Assembly: GCA_050252035.1 (NCBI GenBank)
Contig: JBFWLR010000007.1
Location: forward strand, 73,379-137,378
DNA: 64,000 nucleotides
From: Xanthobacter sp.
Lineage (GTDB): Bacteria > Pseudomonadota > Alphaproteobacteria > Rhizobiales > Xanthobacteraceae
Direction of reading: 5' to 3'
Both the position numbers and the translations under genes were made by a program. This document shows positions 52,328 to 61,158 of this stretch, in pieces. The notes under the pieces are model-generated. The model was not told the DNA's origin. It did not search any database and worked only from the letters and a program-made list of their open reading frames with translations. Position 1 is the first letter of the stretch. The number at the start of each line of letters is the position of its first letter.

Positions 52328-52895
52328 GGGCGTAGACTCATAAGCTCTGACACCAGATCCTCGCTGCGACGAGTTTTAGGGCGGCCATGTAGTTGTCTGG
52401 CCGTTTGTCGTAGCGCGTGGCGATGCCCCGGAACTGTTTGATCCGGTTGAAGAACCGCTCCACGAGGTTTCGCTGGCGGTAAACCCATCGCGAGAAGGCG
52501 AAGGTTCCCTTGCCGGTTGGCCTTCGGTGGGATGTTGGCCCAGGCTTTTCGCTGGGCAGCCTTTGCGCGTATGGCGTTGCTATCGTAGCCCTTGTCGGCC
52601 AGCAGGATGTCGCCCTCCCCAAGGCCGTCGATCAATACTTCGGCCTCGGCGCAGTCGGCAACCTGACCGCCGGTCAAGCGGAGGGTGACGGGGCGACCTT
52701 CGGCGTCGACGAGCGCGTGGATCTTGCTGGTGAGCCCGCCGCGGGAACGTCCCATGCCGCCATCATCTGCATCCCCCTTTTTCCCGTGGCCGCGTGCTGG
52801 TGGACGCGAACACTGGTCGCGTTGATTATGACGATGTCGCCGTCGTAAGCCTCGGAAACTGCTTCGAGAAGTCGATCCCAGACCCCGATTTTCGC
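52328..52895 (-). mobile_element. IS5-family element lacking its 5' end
   Basis: IGVWDRLLE, SRGGLTSKIHALVD, ADKGYDS, RNLVERFFNRIKQFRGIATRYDK; fused directly to the MFS remnant. Confidence 0.85.
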
Positions 52896-53391
52896 CAGTG
52901 CGCGACCTTGCAAATGCTCCGGCGCAAGCCGGCGTGCATAGCCTGCCACTAATCCCCAGACCACGCCCGCCGACATGCCTGTAATGAAGCGTGCCAAAAG
53001 CGTCAGGCACATAATGTGCGGATACGGCCGTCAAGGTGTTGAAGGCCAGCAGGCTCGCAATTGCCTGCAGGAACAAAAATCGTCGATTCCAACTGCGTGT
53101 GACGGCGATGATGGGAAACGCGGCAACCACTGAGCCCAGTGCATAGAGCGTCACCGTCTGTCCTGCCGTGGCTTCAGAGATGCCAAGGCCCTTGCCAATC
53201 TGCGGCAGAAGTCCAGCGGGCATGTTCTCCGTCATGATGGCAAGGAATCCGGCCACCGTAAAAGCGAGCAATTGGCCGATTGGGAGGCGTTGTTGAGAGC
53301 GCTCTCCTGTTTTCGAGTGTGTTCGGGCGCTCTGTTTCATCATGTACGTGAGCTGTCTGGCCAGTTTTGTGCTTGTGAGGTGTGAGGTCAC
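52896..53391 (-). pseudogene. Truncated MFS transporter (DHA1-like)
   Basis: TENMPAGLLPQI, GQTVTLYALGS; frameshift near 53010; 3' half replaced by IS sequence. Confidence 0.85.
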
Positions 53392-53397
53392 CCCATA

Positions 53398-53435
53398 TAA
53401 CTTGATATAGAGATATATATCTTTACGTCAAGATA
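53398..53435. promoter_or_regulatory. Tandem MarR-type operators
   Basis: TATCTTTACGTCAAGATA (53418-53435, near-perfect palindrome) and the related TAACTTGATATAGAGATA. Confidence 0.65.
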
Positions 53436-53443
53436 GGTGACAT

Positions 53444-53932
53444 ATGGACAGGGCATTGAAGGCTGCAGAGCAATGGGCGCATGAGAGGCCTGATCTTGAT
53501 ACGGAACCGATGATACTGCTTGGTCGGCTAAACGAATCTGCGCTTGTCATTTCTCGGGATCGGCTCAATCCGCTTTTTGCAGAGTATGGATTGCAGACGG
53601 GGGAGTTTGATGTGCTGGCAACCCTGCGGCGTAGCGGAAAGCCTTACGCCCTGACGCCTACAGAACTCTATGAAGCTGCAATGATTTCATCTGGCAGCAT
53701 GACGAACAGGATTGATCGGCTCGAAAAAACCGGGCTGGTGACACGTCAGCCGAACCCGGCGGACAAGCGGGGGACGTTGGTTGTCCTCACCACCAAGGGG
53801 CTGGCTTTGATCGAGCACGCAGTGGGCGCTCATGTGGCAAACCAGCATGCTATCGTGAACGGATTGAATGACGAAGAGCGACATCAGCTGTCTGAGCTAC
53901 TGGCAAAGTTATTGAAGACGCAAAAGGCCTAA
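53444..53932 (+). CDS. MarR family regulator
   Basis: EFDVLATLRRSG..LTPTEL...MTNRIDRLEKTGLV.R..NPADKRG. Confidence 0.93.
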   Translation: MDRALKAAEQWAHERPDLDTEPMILLGRLNESALVISRDRLNPLFAEYGLQTGEFDVLATLRRSGKPYALTPTELYEAAMISSGSMTNRIDRLEKTGLVTRQPNPADKRGTLVVLTTKGLALIEHAVGAHVANQHAIVNGLNDEERHQLSELLAKLLKTQKA

Positions 53933-53985
53933 CCGGTAAGGCTCGTCGTGCTGATATCGGACCCTGGCTGAGGGGGGAGGGGGAT

Positions 53986-54537
53986 ATGAGTGAACGTTTT
54001 TTCGTTATCACAGGCGGTCCTGGAGTCGGCAAAACAACACTGATCCAGGGATTGGCAAGTTATGGTCTTCAGACTATGCTTGAGGCCGGACGCGCTATTA
54101 TATGCGACCAAACTCGGATCAATGGGCCCGGGCAACATATACAGGACAGGCAGCTGTTTGCTGAATTGATGCTGGGGTGGGATTTGCGCTCTTGGCATGA
54201 GGCGCAGGCTCTGTCGGAGCCTGTGATTTTTGATAGGGGAGTGCCAGATACCATCGGCTATCTGGACTTATATGACGGGCGCGTGCCCGCGCATTTCTAT
54301 CGTGCGGCAGAACGCTTCCGTTATCATCCACTCGTCTTTTTTGCGCCGCCCTGGCTGGAAATTTTTGAGCAGGATACAGAGCGCACGCAAGATTTTGATG
54401 AAGCCGTCGCGACAGCGCAAGCGATGGAGAAGGCCTACGCTGCAGCAGGCTATGAGTTGCTCCCTCTGCCATATGATACTGTAGAGGCGCGTGCACGGTT
54501 CATGCTGGAGCAGATTGGTGCGATCTGGCAGGATTGA
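53986..54537 (+). CDS. AAA_28-like small P-loop ATPase/kinase
   Basis: VITGGPGVGKTT, IFDRGVPD. Confidence 0.85.
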   Translation: MSERFFVITGGPGVGKTTLIQGLASYGLQTMLEAGRAIICDQTRINGPGQHIQDRQLFAELMLGWDLRSWHEAQALSEPVIFDRGVPDTIGYLDLYDGRVPAHFYRAAERFRYHPLVFFAPPWLEIFEQDTERTQDFDEAVATAQAMEKAYAAAGYELLPLPYDTVEARARFMLEQIGAIWQD

Positions 54538-54703
54538 ATGTTCTGGCAACAATCGGATGGCAGGCCGCACTTTTCAAGGAAGTTGGCAAAATATTTGGTC
54601 CTGAGGGTGATGTTCTGGACCCCGATTCACTTCTCATGCCCGTCGTCTTTATCGCAAACACCGGAATTTTCGTATCCCTTCGGTGAAGCCTGTCTGCGCT
54701 GGT

Positions 54704-55906
54704 TGATCTACTCCCCGATCCTTGGACAGATTTCCGGCTGCTTTAAGCTACTGCCTGCGCCTGCTGGTCGGTTTCGATCTGGTTGAAGTAGACCACGGCG
54801 GACGACTGTCCGCCATGGGCGGCGTGAGGCCGCTGGTGGTTGTAGAAGGTGAGCCATCGGGCAACGCCGGCCTTCGCCTGCGGGCCGGTCTCCCAGGCGT
54901 GCAGATAGACGCACTCATACTTCAGGGACCGCCAGAGGCGCTCAATGAAGATGTTGTCGAGGCAGCGCCCCTTGCCGTCCATCGAGATCCGGGTGCCGAT
55001 CCGTTTCAGCCGGCCGGTCCAGGCGAAGGACGTGAGCTGCAAGCTCTGATCGGTATTCATGATCTCGGGCGGGCCGAAGCGGTGGACCGCCTCGTTCACA
55101 GGGCTCAACGCAGAAGTCCGCCTCCAGCGTGTTCGAGATGCGCCAGGCCAGGACCTTGCGGGTGAACCTGTCCATGATGGCGACCAGGTAGAGGAAGCCC
55201 CGCCGCATCGGCAGGTAGGGGTAGGTTTGTGCCCCTTGGCGGGCTTGCTGGTGTTGGGCTTTTGGTAGATCGGCATCAGACGCATGAGCCGCATAGGCGT
55301 CGGATCCGCTTCACGTTCACGGCGTGGCCCTCGTTCTGCAGGTGCCAGGTCATCTGCTGGACGCCGTAAACAGAGTTTCCAGGAACTGCCGGGCGATCAG
55401 CTGCATGAGCGTCAGGTTCATCTCGGTCTTGCCCAGCGGCGCGTAGTAGAACGACGGCCGCGAGATCGACAGTAGGCGGGATTGCGCCCCGACCGACAGC
55501 GTGGGGTGAGAGCCTTTGATCATCCCGCGCCTCACTTGCCGGTCCAGAGCTTGAGCTTTCGTGACAAAAAATCGTTGGCGACGGCTAGCTCTCCGATCTT
55601 GGCGTGCAGCGACCGCCCCGTCTCCTCGTCGACCTCGGCCGTCTTCTTCCCACCGCGCTCGAAGATGTCCGATGCCCCCTCAAGCAGCGCCTTCTTCCAC
55701 TGATGGGTCATCGTCGGATACACGCCGTATTCCGCGGCCAGCTCCGACACGGTGCGCTCGCCCTTCACGGCTTCCAGCGCCACGCGAGCCTTGAAGCCCG
55801 CGTCATGGTTCCTGCGTTTCGGCATGTTCTGATCTCCTCGTTCTTGGAGACCAGCAGACGTCAGATCGTAGCTTCCGTCACTGTCCGATTTTCAGGGAGG
55901 ACCTCA
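54704..55906 (-). mobile_element. IS3-family element, degenerate, 1203 bp
   Basis: TG...CA ends with IRs TGATCTACTCCCCGATCCTTGGACAG / TGAGGTCCTCCCTGAAAATCGGACAG; orfA FKARVALEAVKG, orfB NTDQ...DNIFIERLWRSLKYE with frameshifts. Confidence 0.92.
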
Positions 55907-55930
55907 TCATGGGACTTCAGTGCAGCTTGA

Positions 55931-56371
55931 TCAGGCGGGAATGATCTTGCTGTTGCCAAGCTGCTGGGTCAGAGATTCTTGTGTCTGGGACTGCAGTTTT
56001 TTCAGTTCAGTGATGGTTTCTTCCAAGGCGAGGCGCTGTCGTTCAAGAAGGCCCAGGCGTTCATCCAGCTTATCCAGAAGCATGCGCATCTGTTCAACCT
56101 GGGTGGGGTCCATGTCATAAAGGTCGAGATATTCCTTGATATCCCGCAAGGAGAAGCCCAGCCGCTTCCCGCGCTGGATAACAACCATGCGAGCTCTGTC
56201 ACGCTTGGTGTAGATGCGGATATTGCCAGCACGACGGGGGGAGATAAGGCCCTTGTCTTCATAAAAACGAATGGTGCGCGGTGTCACAGAAAGCTCACGC
56301 GCTAATTCTGTGATGGTAAAAAAGGAGTCGGTAATGGCACTCCCCTTTCCGCCTTTGCGCTTTTCCGTCAC
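55931..56371 (-). CDS. MerR-family regulator (LiuR-like)
   Basis: FTITELARELSVTPRTIRFYEDKGLISP...GKRLGFSLRDIKEYLDLY. Confidence 0.88.
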   Translation of the reverse strand: MTEKRKGGKGSAITDSFFTITELARELSVTPRTIRFYEDKGLISPRRAGNIRIYTKRDRARMVVIQRGKRLGFSLRDIKEYLDLYDMDPTQVEQMRMLLDKLDERLGLLERQRLALEETITELKKLQSQTQESLTQQLGNSKIIPA

Positions 56372-56374
56372 AGC

Positions 56375-56390
56375 TTCACCTATACGTCAC
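56375..56390 (-). promoter_or_regulatory. LiuR-type operator candidate
   Basis: GTGACGTATAGGTGAA immediately upstream of the start, resembling TTGACGTAAACGTAAA-type boxes (consensus from memory). Confidence 0.45.
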
Positions 56391-56607
56391 CATCAAACCA
56401 GACGATACATGCTTTGCCCTCTGGCGCAAGCCTTCCGCCAGAGGGTTTATGTTGCGTGCTTTTTATTCGGCATGTGAAGCCCGGAACCGAGCTTGCATCA
56501 AGCACGATGAAAGAGGCATCTCATTAGCGCAAAATGCCTTTTATGTGCAGGGGATATAATGATTCTTTCGGCTTGGGCAAAAGCAGGCCCGGATCATGTC
56601 GGGCCGC

Positions 56608-57318
56608 TTAAAGCGGAGGTGGAGCCAGGAGCGTTGGGCCGAAAATTTTCTCAAAAGCCACGCGGAGCACAGCATCCACTTCCGGCATGGTCACTGGCAG
56701 GCCCAGGTCCACAAGGCTTGTGACCCCATGGTCGCGGATGCCGCAGGGTACGATGCCGGAAAAGTGGTTCAGGTCAGGTTCGACATTCAGGGAGATGCCA
56801 TGGAATGTCACCCATCGACGCAATCGGATGCCGATGGCGGCGATCTTGTCTTCCTGTCCCTGATGCTGCACCCAGACGCCCACCCGGTCTTCGCGTCGTT
56901 CTCCAGTGATGTTGAAAGCGGAGAGGGTGCCGATCAGCCAGCTTTCCAGCGCACTGACATAGCGGCGGACATCCGGTTCGCGACGCTTGAGATCCAGCAT
57001 CACATAAGCCACACGCTGCCCTGGCCCATGATAGGTATATTGCCCCCCGCGCCCTGCATCGAACACGGGAAAGCGTTTCTCGACCAGATCTTCCGGGTGG
57101 GCGCTGGTTCCCGCTGTGTAGAGCGGGGGATGCTCCAGCAGCCAAACAGCCTCTGGCGCCAGATCTTCTGCAATGGCGGTGGCCCTGCGCTCCATTGCGG
57201 CAAGAGCATCGGGATAGGGCACCAGCTCTTCACTGACGATCCACTCAACGGGCGGCGATTCCATTCTCGGCCGCATGCTGGTGGTCAGGCTGTCACGGGT
57301 GGGCAAGGGGTGAGGCAT
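56608..57318 (-). CDS. lipB: Octanoyltransferase
   Basis: [39 protein letters not shown]. Confidence 0.97.
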   Translation of the reverse strand: MPHPLPTRDSLTTSMRPRMESPPVEWIVSEELVPYPDALAAMERRATAIAEDLAPEAVWLLEHPPLYTAGTSAHPEDLVEKRFPVFDAGRGGQYTYHGPGQRVAYVMLDLKRREPDVRRYVSALESWLIGTLSAFNITGERREDRVGVWVQHQGQEDKIAAIGIRLRRWVTFHGISLNVEPDLNHFSGIVPCGIRDHGVTSLVDLGLPVTMPEVDAVLRVAFEKIFGPTLLAPPPL

Positions 57319-57526
57319 GAGCTGTTCTTTTAACTTTATGACAATTCAGGATAAAGCAGCATAATGTGGCTGGGAAGAGGTGTTTTCCAAATGCGTCATC
57401 CACAGGCTGGATGGGCTTTCGGCTTGTCCGGGCAGAAGGGGCTTGTAGCCAGAACAGTGATCTGTTAGACGATGGCTCCCGGTCGGCGGTGCTCAACGCA
57501 CTGGATGGCCGGATACATCACTGACT

Positions 57527-57611
57527 GCGGTCGTGGCGGAATTGGTAGACGCGCTAGCTTGAGGTGCTAGTGGGGAGACCCGTGGAGGTTCGAGTCCTCT
57601 CGTCCGCACCA
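57527..57611 (+). tRNA. tRNA-Leu (GAG)
   Basis: GCGGTCGTGGCGGAATTGGTAGACGCG, anticodon loop TTGAGGT, TTCGAGT, encoded CCA. Confidence 0.95.
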
Positions 57612-57641
57612 GTGAATGTAAAAAGACTTTGGTCTTGAAAC

Positions 57642-57666
57642 AAGGGTGGCTGTTGCCGCCCTTTTT
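57642..57666 (+). terminator. Rho-independent terminator after tRNA-Leu
   Basis: AAGGGTGGC-tgtt-GCCGCCCTT followed by a T run. Confidence 0.75.
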
Positions 57667-57783
57667 CATTTTTGATCTTCAGGCCAAGAATTTTACCTCG
57701 CTTTTTCCGGGTCGGGTCGTTCTCAGCAATATTCGCCTCGGGGGCGATAAATTAGAGCCTGGCTATTCCGTCACCGCTCATAG

Positions 57784-57800
57784 ATTGGAAAGTTTCTGAT
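57784..57800. promoter_or_regulatory. Irr/ICE-like box candidate
   Basis: ATTGGAA-AGT-TTCTGAT versus TTTRGAA-N3-TTCYAAA (11/14). Confidence 0.3.
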
Positions 57801-57871
57801 CTTTTCCCATTGCCTTGTCGCCACTTTTTCTTTCGATATATCAATGTGGCGGTGTCGTTGATGTGGAGCGG

Positions 57872-58585
57872 ATGTGCAACATGCGCCAGTTTTCCAAAAG
57901 CCCTGATCCTGGTGCGGAGAAAAAGCGCAAAAGTGCACATAAAAAATCCAAGATAAAAGCGCGCAAGCATGACGCCAAGTCGCGCACTCATTCCAGGCGT
58001 GAGTACCATACGCATGTTTATGGTGATGCCTTTGGTACAGCCGCCCATGCCGCGCATACATCACAACACGATGCCGCAGGGCTCATTCTGGCGCGAGGTA
58101 TCCATCTGTTGGGTGCTCTGGTGGAGTGGGGCCTCAGCCGGCGTTTTGGTGCGGATGCGCAGGCAGGGAGTTCATATTCTGCCGGGCATCAGAATGCTGG
58201 GGCCCAGTCTGCCAGAGGGTGGGGTGCTGCCGGCGCATATCAGCAGCCATCCGGCGTAGGCTGGCAGCAAGGCACTTATCGGGCGCCTGAGCCCCCGGGC
58301 GCTTACTATCCTTCTACTCCGCAGCAGTCTTCCAGCTGCATTACCGTTTGCACGGGTAAAAAGTGTCGTTCCCGCTGGGGGAATGGGAGTTTGCTGGCGG
58401 AGATTCAAAGGACGGCGGCCTATCAGGGGCTGGCCGTTGAAATTGCGTCCTGCGATTGCATGGATTTTTGTGACGAAGCGCCACTTGTTACTGTGACGTC
58501 TGGGCGCGCAGAGGAATATTTCTCCGGCGTTGGCCTGCAAGATGTGCCCAATATCATAGCCATGGCGACGGGTGGTCGCGTTTAA
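57872..58585 (+). CDS. Protein with Lys/His-rich N-terminus and C-terminal thioredoxin-like [2Fe-2S] ferredoxin domain
   Basis: VCTGKKC (Cx4C) and CMDFC (Cx3C)...APLVTV; start uncertain (57872 or 57881). Confidence 0.65.
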   Translation: MCNMRQFSKSPDPGAEKKRKSAHKKSKIKARKHDAKSRTHSRREYHTHVYGDAFGTAAHAAHTSQHDAAGLILARGIHLLGALVEWGLSRRFGADAQAGSSYSAGHQNAGAQSARGWGAAGAYQQPSGVGWQQGTYRAPEPPGAYYPSTPQQSSSCITVCTGKKCRSRWGNGSLLAEIQRTAAYQGLAVEIASCDCMDFCDEAPLVTVTSGRAEEYFSGVGLQDVPNIIAMATGGRV

Positions 58586-58639
58586 CGGCAGACCTCACAC
58601 GCTATCGTTGGTCCTTTTGCTAAAGTAAAGGTTGTTTTT

Positions 58640-59395
58640 ATGGCTGTAGAGGCTTTGCGCCATCAGTTTGAACGTGTGCGCCATGGTATCAAGCGGCGCA
58701 CGCTTACGGTCGTGTCTATTCTTGATATCACCCCCCATATGCGTCGCATCACGTTCAGTTGCAAAGACATGGATGGTTTCCAGAGCCCTTCGGCGGATGA
58801 CCATATCAAGCTCTTCCTTGGTCATGAGGCGAATGGGGAAGAATGCATGCGGGATTATACACCCCGATATTATGACCTTGAGAGGAAACTTCTGGTCATT
58901 GATTTTGCCATGCATGAAACGGGCGTAGCCACCAACTGGGCACGTCAGGCGCAGTCCGGTATGCCTCTGGAGATAGCGGGTCCGCGCGGATCCGTCATCG
59001 TTCCTGATGATTTTGATTATTATCTACTTGTGGGCGATGAAACAGCCTTGCCGGCCATCGGACGGCGCTTGGAAACCATGCGTCCGGGTGTGCCTGTGAC
59101 TGTTGTTTGCCTTGTGCAGAATGCAGTAGAAATTCAGGGTTTTCGAACGCGAGCGGATTTGAACGTCATTTGGCTTTATCGTTCCGAAGGCAAGGGGGAT
59201 GACGCAACCCGCTTTCTGAAGACTTTGGAAGGCTGGTGTGCCCCGCAGGGAGATGGGTTTGTGTGGATTGCCGCGGAAGCGATGGCTGCCCGCGACGTGA
59301 AAAACTATATACTCAATGAGCGCGGCCATAATGCCCAGTGGCTGAAATCATCCGGCTATTGGGTGCAGGGCGCAGCAGGGGCTTCTGAAAAATAA
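58640..59395 (+). CDS. Siderophore-interacting protein (ViuB/YqjH family)
   Basis: DDHIKLF, RDYTPR, AGPRGS, LLVGDETALPAI, WIAAE, SGYW. Confidence 0.93.
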   Translation: MAVEALRHQFERVRHGIKRRTLTVVSILDITPHMRRITFSCKDMDGFQSPSADDHIKLFLGHEANGEECMRDYTPRYYDLERKLLVIDFAMHETGVATNWARQAQSGMPLEIAGPRGSVIVPDDFDYYLLVGDETALPAIGRRLETMRPGVPVTVVCLVQNAVEIQGFRTRADLNVIWLYRSEGKGDDATRFLKTLEGWCAPQGDGFVWIAAEAMAARDVKNYILNERGHNAQWLKSSGYWVQGAAGASEK

Positions 59396-59468
59396 GTCAT
59401 TAAGATTGGTGCCTTGGTCCGCAGGAGGATCTCTGCTCCCTCTGCGGGTTTTGCAGGATCGAAAATAA

Positions 59469-59639
59469 TCAGGCTTCTGGAGCGCCCCGGGCTTCCGCAA
59501 CAGCCATAGCGATATTGAGACCACCGAGGCCAAATGCCATGGCGCACCAGAAATACATGCCGCGTTCAAGACCCCAGCCTGCAAGCGCCAGAATAAAAAT
59601 TGCGCAAACGGACAAGCTTATGACGTGCAGCCATTTCAT
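59469..59639 (-). CDS. Small two-TM membrane protein (56 aa)
   Basis: GAGGGG RBS, then MKWLHVISLSVCAIFILALAGWGLERGMYFWCAMAFGLGGLNIAMAVAE. Confidence 0.6.
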   Translation of the reverse strand: MKWLHVISLSVCAIFILALAGWGLERGMYFWCAMAFGLGGLNIAMAVAEARGAPEA

Positions 59640-59720
59640 GCCTGCCCCCTCTGTTCTGGTCTCATGCTGCAAATTTAGGTCAACAAGGGGGAGGTGCTCA
59701 AGGCGACTTGTGACTTTACC

Positions 59721-59735
59721 TTAATGAAACCTTAA
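59721..59735. promoter_or_regulatory. Perfect CtrA box
   Basis: TTAA-TGAAACC-TTAA in a GC-rich genome, ~80 bp upstream of the 56-aa gene. Confidence 0.65.
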
Positions 59736-59838
59736 GCCCGTGATGCTCTCTGCTATGCGATAGGCATTTGAGAACGCTGAGTGTCACAGGCTTCGATTTT
59801 TGAACATCTCATTGTGATGTGGAGAGCTTTCAGCCATT

Positions 59839-59869
59839 AAAAAAGCCCGCCCCCAGTAGGGGCGAGCTC
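59839..59869 (-). terminator. Rho-independent terminator of the Gly-rich gene
   Basis: Minus strand GCTCGCCCC-tactg-GGGGCGGGC-TTTTTT. Confidence 0.75.
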
Positions 59870-59911
59870 AAGTGTGACTGACGACGACATTTCATGCCGT
59901 GCGTCGAGATC

Positions 59912-60265
59912 TCACTTCTTGCTGGAATCGTCGCCAATGATGCCCTTCACGGTGCCGGTCACGCCGCCAACGGCGCCACCCACCACGGCACCCACAGGGC
60001 CTGCAGCTTCATTGCCCTTCTTGGCACCTTCAGCTACGCCGTCGGTTGCGCCGGTCACGCCACCAACCACGCCGCCGGCAACGCCGCCAACAGCACCACC
60101 AACGGTGCCGCCAACTGCCTTACCCACAGTGCCGGCCGGCTGGCCAGCGGCAGCACCGCTATTCGCACCCTGCTCAGCACCCTTGACGATACCCTGCGCA
60201 GAAGCAGCCGCCGGGGCCAACGCGAGAGCGAGAAGCGCGGCGCCTGCCATCATGGTCTTCTTCAT
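59912..60265 (-). CDS. Secreted Gly-rich (glycine-zipper-like) small protein
   Basis: AGGAAAGGA RBS; signal peptide MKKTMMAGAALLALALAPAAASA; repeated VGGxVGG. Confidence 0.75.
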   Translation of the reverse strand: MKKTMMAGAALLALALAPAAASAQGIVKGAEQGANSGAAAGQPAGTVGKAVGGTVGGAVGGVAGGVVGGVTGATDGVAEGAKKGNEAAGPVGAVVGGAVGGVTGTVKGIIGDDSSKK

Positions 60266-60484
60266 GGCCGATCCTTTCCTCATTCAACACCCCCTTCTGC
60301 CAAGCATCGCAGGCCAGCGAGGGGAGACTCAGCGCTATCCTTCGAGCGCCTGATATACACATAGCGATGCGCGCACGGACTTGCTACCTCACAATATGAA
60401 TTACTCTCCAAAAGAGCAGCTCATACCATTTGGAAGAAATGAAACAGCAAGTATGTTCAGAATCCTGAAGCTGCAGTATTCATT

Positions 60485-61018
60485 TTACTTCACATATAAT
60501 CCTGAGGTTGCGCTGCCTGTGGGTGAGGGGGGACGAGAAATTGAGCCTGTTTCAATGGGGCCAGTTTCAACAAATACCGATGCCGTAACTGGGGCGGTCA
60601 GGCGCTGTGCCGGCAGGATCGAGGCCGTGACTTGAATCGGCCCTCCGTAGAGCGCACCTAGCGAGATCCCGGATTTCTGCATGTGCAGGCCGAGCAGAGC
60701 TCCGCCCCCAAGAACCATGACCGTGGCCGATGTCGCCAGAGTGCGCCAGAATGCGCTTCTGTCGAAAGTTGTTGTTTGTGGCTCTTGACGCTCAGGGCGC
60801 GGACCCATGCCAAAGCGAGGCTGAATGGCCTGAATCATGGGTTCGTAAACCTGCCCAGGCGCTCCGGAGGCTTGTGAAATATGCGCGCTTCTGCCCGCTG
60901 CATATGCGGGATTGGCGGACCGGAGCGGGGCCATGGCTCTTACCTTGTTACCTGAACGAACCGAAGCCGAACTATGGCCGCGCGGCGGTTGATGTTTGGT
61001 GAAATCCAGCTCTTCCAT
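60485..61018 (-). CDS. Hypothetical single-TM protein with a C-terminal ETGSI motif
   Basis: TM segment ATVMVLGGGALLGL; ETGSI resembles the rhizobial TGSI motif. Confidence 0.5.
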   Translation of the reverse strand: MEELDFTKHQPPRGHSSASVRSGNKVRAMAPLRSANPAYAAGRSAHISQASGAPGQVYEPMIQAIQPRFGMGPRPERQEPQTTTFDRSAFWRTLATSATVMVLGGGALLGLHMQKSGISLGALYGGPIQVTASILPAQRLTAPVTASVFVETGPIETGSISRPPSPTGSATSGLYVK

Positions 61019-61158
61019 TGGCCGGAGGAATTGAGTGGGGCTTCCAGAAATGCGATTATCTAACTGATAAATAAAGAAAAATTAAATCTTCGCTTGCGGA
61101 AGCGCAGAGGATTGGATCCCTCCTCATGGTTAGCCGACGGTAAACACTGGGTGGGCAT

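Larger units (their letters stand above)
27791..55906. mobile_element. Decayed accessory region/genomic island next to tRNA-Ser (boundaries approximate)
   Basis: Five IS elements, several pseudogenes and regulator/efflux/catabolic modules between tRNA-Ser and merR-lipB. No integrase or att repeat found. Confidence 0.6.

Noticed and set aside
61129-61145. CtrA-like site TTAG-N7-TAAA
   Set aside because: Two mismatches; too weak without data.
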